From Candidatus Levyibacteriota bacterium (GTDB lineage Bacteria; Patescibacteriota; Microgenomatia; Levybacterales; UBA12049), in assembly GCA_963790825.1 (NCBI GenBank), contig CAWBPM010000002.1, positions 487,159-551,158 of the forward strand: a stretch of 64,000 nt of DNA, given 5' to 3'. The position numbers and the translations under genes are program-made. Shown piece after piece: positions 60,833-64,000 of the stretch. Under the pieces are notes generated by a model, which had not been told where the DNA came from, made no database searches, and worked only from the letters and a program-made list of their open reading frames with translations. The number at the start of each line of letters is the position of its first letter. Position 1 is the stretch's first letter.

Positions 60833-62788
60833 ATGAACGAAGACAGTAACAAAAAAACTACGAGTCAGGACGGCCCTAAAAGGGGTCCTATGGGCGGCGG
60901 CTGGGGTGCAATGGGCAGGCCAGTAGAGAAAGCGAAAGACTTTAAAGGAACACTTAAAAGATTAATGCGCTATTTTTTACCGGAAAAAGTTCTTCTGTTA
61001 ATCGTGTTTGCGGCGGCAATTATCGGAACAATATTCAATATCGTTGGCCCGAAAATTTTGGGGTTGGCAACGACGAAACTTTTCGATAACCTAATTGCAA
61101 GTTTCATAGTACAAGCACAAAACCATGTAATACTAAAAGAATTAGCCCAAAACCCGGCACTTCCCCTGCATGCGTCTCCTGTTCCCGGCATAGAATTTGG
61201 TTATATAGGGAGGATTATTCTCATCTTACTTGTACTATATGTAATCAGTGCGATTTTTGTATTCGTCCAACAATACCTGATGGCCGGTGTGGCACAGAGA
61301 ACTATCTACAAACTGCGTAAAGAAGTGGACGAAAAGCTGTCAAAATTGCCGCTTAAATACTTCGACGGGCGCACTCATGGAGAGACCCTAAGTCGGGCCG
61401 TCAATGATATGGATAATATCAGCTCCACGCTGCAGCAAAGCGTATCACAATTAATTACCTCAGTTGTTACTCTGATAGGTGTACTTGTGATGATGCTAAG
61501 TATCAGTTGGGTATTAACCCTGATTGTGCTGGCAACACTTCCTCTAAGTATTATTGTTGTAGCCGGTATAGCGAAACGCTCACAGGATTTCTTCCGAAAA
61601 CAACAGAGTTCGCTGGGGAATCTTAACGGACATGTTGAAGAAATGTACACGGGGCACAAGATCGTGAAAGCTTTCGGGCACGAAGGGAAAGCTATAGCCC
61701 AATTTGATGATTTAAACAATAAGCTCTACGACGCCGGATGGCAAGCGCAATTCGTTTCAGGAATTATCATGCCACTCATGAGGTTTGTCGGAAACATCGG
61801 TTATGTTCTTGTGGCTATTGTGGGAGGTATTATGGCGACTCAGAATGCGATTTCCCTTGGCGACGTGCAGGCATTTATTCAATATTCCGCTCAGTTCACT
61901 CAGCCAATTACTCAGTTGGCCAATATTATGAATGTTATCCAATCTGCCATCGCCTCTGCCGAGCGTGTTTTTGAACTGCTCGATGAAGAGGAGCAAGTAC
62001 CCGAGGCAGTTGATGCTTTGACTATCAAAGATCCCAAAGGTGCTGTCAAATTCCAGCATGTCCGGTTTGGTTATAGCAAGGATAAAGTCCTGATTGAGGA
62101 TATGAATATCGACGTAAAACCCGGCCAGATGATAGCCATCGTTGGTCCGACCGGCGCCGGCAAGACTACCCTGGTCAATCTGTTGATGCGTTTCTACGAA
62201 GTTAACGGCGGGAAAATTATGATTGACGGTGTTGATATTACCAAGCTTAAACGCGGTGACCTGCGACGCATGTTTGGTATGGTTTTGCAGGATACTTGGC
62301 TTTTCCATGGAACCCTTCGTGATAATATTGCTTATGGTCGAGAAGATGCAAGTGAAGACGAAATCGTACAAGCTTCGCGAACTGCTTATGCTGATCATTT
62401 TATAAGAACATTGCCGGAAGGTTATGGAACGATTCTGAATGAGGAGGCATCAAACATCTCCCAGGGTCAGAAGCAGCTTTTAACCATCGCACGCGCGTTC
62501 TTGGCAGATCCCGAAATCCTTATTTTGGATGAAGCAACCAGCAGCGTAGATACCAGAACCGAGCTCTTAATCCAAAATGCAATGAGCAAATTGATGAAAG
62601 GCAGAACTAATTTTGTAATTGCTCACAGACTTTCTACGATCCGTGACGCGGATTTGATCCTGGTAATGAATCACGGTACAATCATCGAGAAAGGCAGCCA
62701 TAAGGGTCTACTGACACAGAAAGGCTTCTATGCCGATCTGTACAATAGCCAGTTCCGTGGACACGTCCTTAACGAAGAGCCTACGTAG
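60833..62788 (+). CDS. Heterodimeric ABC exporter, consensus-site subunit
   Basis: TMD; GPTGAGKTT, ISQGQKQ, ILDEATS, AHR. Confidence 0.93.
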   Translation: MNEDSNKKTTSQDGPKRGPMGGGWGAMGRPVEKAKDFKGTLKRLMRYFLPEKVLLLIVFAAAIIGTIFNIVGPKILGLATTKLFDNLIASFIVQAQNHVILKELAQNPALPLHASPVPGIEFGYIGRIILILLVLYVISAIFVFVQQYLMAGVAQRTIYKLRKEVDEKLSKLPLKYFDGRTHGETLSRAVNDMDNISSTLQQSVSQLITSVVTLIGVLVMMLSISWVLTLIVLATLPLSIIVVAGIAKRSQDFFRKQQSSLGNLNGHVEEMYTGHKIVKAFGHEGKAIAQFDDLNNKLYDAGWQAQFVSGIIMPLMRFVGNIGYVLVAIVGGIMATQNAISLGDVQAFIQYSAQFTQPITQLANIMNVIQSAIASAERVFELLDEEEQVPEAVDALTIKDPKGAVKFQHVRFGYSKDKVLIEDMNIDVKPGQMIAIVGPTGAGKTTLVNLLMRFYEVNGGKIMIDGVDITKLKRGDLRRMFGMVLQDTWLFHGTLRDNIAYGREDASEDEIVQASRTAYADHFIRTLPEGYGTILNEEASNISQGQKQLLTIARAFLADPEILILDEATSSVDTRTELLIQNAMSKLMKGRTNFVIAHRLSTIRDADLILVMNHGTIIEKGSHKGLLTQKGFYADLYNSQFRGHVLNEEPT

Positions 62789-62947
62789 AGATCTGTTCCT
62801 ATTTTCCAAGTAGCAATAGAAATTATAGCATTATTAATATGAAATCAAAATTCTGTTTATAATTCCGGTCTTTTTCCATTAATAAGCAACTTATCCAAAC
62901 ATGAGAAAAATTTGACACAAGAAAAAGTACGCTTCATACTAAGTATC

Positions 62948-64000
62948 ATGGATGAGTTTCCAAACATTCAGCCTAAAGTTCTGCAAAATGAACAACCTCC
63001 CCAATTAGAAGATACTGCCATACACAGAATGAGCCCTACCGTTAGAATCACAGGGTACACCCTTATCCTGCTTGCCGCAGTAGCAGGTTTTCTTTCCGGC
63101 TTACTCTCTTTTTACACTTCTCAAACCGGTTTCTCTCAGTCTGGTATTCTGGGATATTTTTCTACCTATACTCCCGGCATCATTTTTGGCATCGTTCTCG
63201 CTCTTTTCTACGCCTCCCTTATCAAGCATACACTACCCAGAACCATCTTCCTACTCCTCTTCTTCCCATTTGCGTCAAGTATCGCCTACGCAGCCGCATA
63301 TAATTCCGCGATATTTACTTTCGAGTCCGGCATTTTCTGGCCCTTCTTCTCAGGATTAATTGGCGCGTTTGTTCTCACAGCAGGATTTTGGTTGTGTATA
63401 TACAAAATTTCAAGAAATTATTTTGCTCTGCTTGTTTTCCTAGGCGGAATCCTTGGTTTTACCATTTATCTTTTGCCCGAAGGAAGTATTTTCCCTTCTC
63501 AAAGCTTTGATATGTCATACTCACAGGAAGGATATCTCTGCTTGCAAGTCCTCTGGCAAACCGGTATGGCGATTGCATTCGCCCTTTCTATAATATCTCT
63601 TGCACAAAAAACCATTGCTATAAAAATTACTAATCAAAATAGTTCTCCTACCCCTGATAATCCTAACCCCAAGTCTCCCCCACACAATGAGAAACTAATC
63701 ATTATTACCATCATCATTATTTTATGCGCAGTAACGTCCCTTCTTATCCTTTTCCACGTCTCACAACCACACAGCACACTGCAAACAGTCTTTTCCTCTG
63801 ACGATAAACAAGTACTGACAGCGAAGAATGGTGTCATCTATTATCTCGATTCGCAAAACAATCTTCATGCATATGCAGTGCAGACAAAGAAAGATATCTT
63901 CACTCTTCCCTTTACCGAAGCCCTAGCACCTGATTTGTATTACGGTATTAATAAACCGATATTTGTAAAAAATAATCTTTATATTGTCTCGAAAACCACT
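62948..64000 (+). CDS. Multi-TM membrane protein with start of a possible beta-propeller domain, 3'-truncated by window edge
   Basis: Open frame from ATG 62948 to the end (MDEFPNIQPK...GVIYYLDSQNNLHAYAVQTKK); TTGACA(62912)-N17-CATACT promoter. Confidence 0.8.
   Translation, partial: MDEFPNIQPKVLQNEQPPQLEDTAIHRMSPTVRITGYTLILLAAVAGFLSGLLSFYTSQTGFSQSGILGYFSTYTPGIIFGIVLALFYASLIKHTLPRTIFLLLFFPFASSIAYAAAYNSAIFTFESGIFWPFFSGLIGAFVLTAGFWLCIYKISRNYFALLVFLGGILGFTIYLLPEGSIFPSQSFDMSYSQEGYLCLQVLWQTGMAIAFALSIISLAQKTIAIKITNQNSSPTPDNPNPKSPPHNEKLIIITIIIILCAVTSLLILFHVSQPHSTLQTVFSSDDKQVLTAKNGVIYYLDSQNNLHAYAVQTKKDIFTLPFTEALAPDLYYGINKPIFVKNNLYIVSKTT

Noticed and set aside
61757-62398. 213-aa antisense ORF and other short overlapping ORFs in the track
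   Set aside because: They are shadows of well-supported genes on the opposite strand or frame.

Overview
A gene-dense, AT-rich chromosomal segment using genetic code 11 (TGA is a stop). Gene content and style (orphan genes, short RF1, MGRG-type EF-P, leaderless promoters) suggest a Patescibacteria/CPR genome, probably Microgenomates; this placement is inference. It carries housekeeping genes (rarA, gyrB-ppa-gyrA, folD, a Xer recombinase, tal, yebC, efp, pepA, alr, dnaB, hisS, rpmE-prfA, rpsF-ssb-rpsR, ychF), tRNA-Leu(CAA), membrane-anchored GH5 and GH18 glycosidases, a MarR/adaptor/ABC efflux locus, one complete IS481-like element with a 5-bp target duplication, a decayed APH-like kinase pseudogene and several families of short palindromic repeats. 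The most striking system is at 38.9-42.1 kb. A TrpR/YerC (HisR-type) repressor gene has two tandem HisR-like operators over its promoter. Its own C-terminus (the only three His codons in the protein) appears to serve as the leader peptide of a complete 1:2 / 2:3 / 3:4 histidine attenuator. Downstream lie a minimal HAD hydrolase, a circularly permuted ATP-grasp-like ligase and hisS, not His biosynthesis genes. All calls come from reading the sequence; no database searches or folding programs were run.
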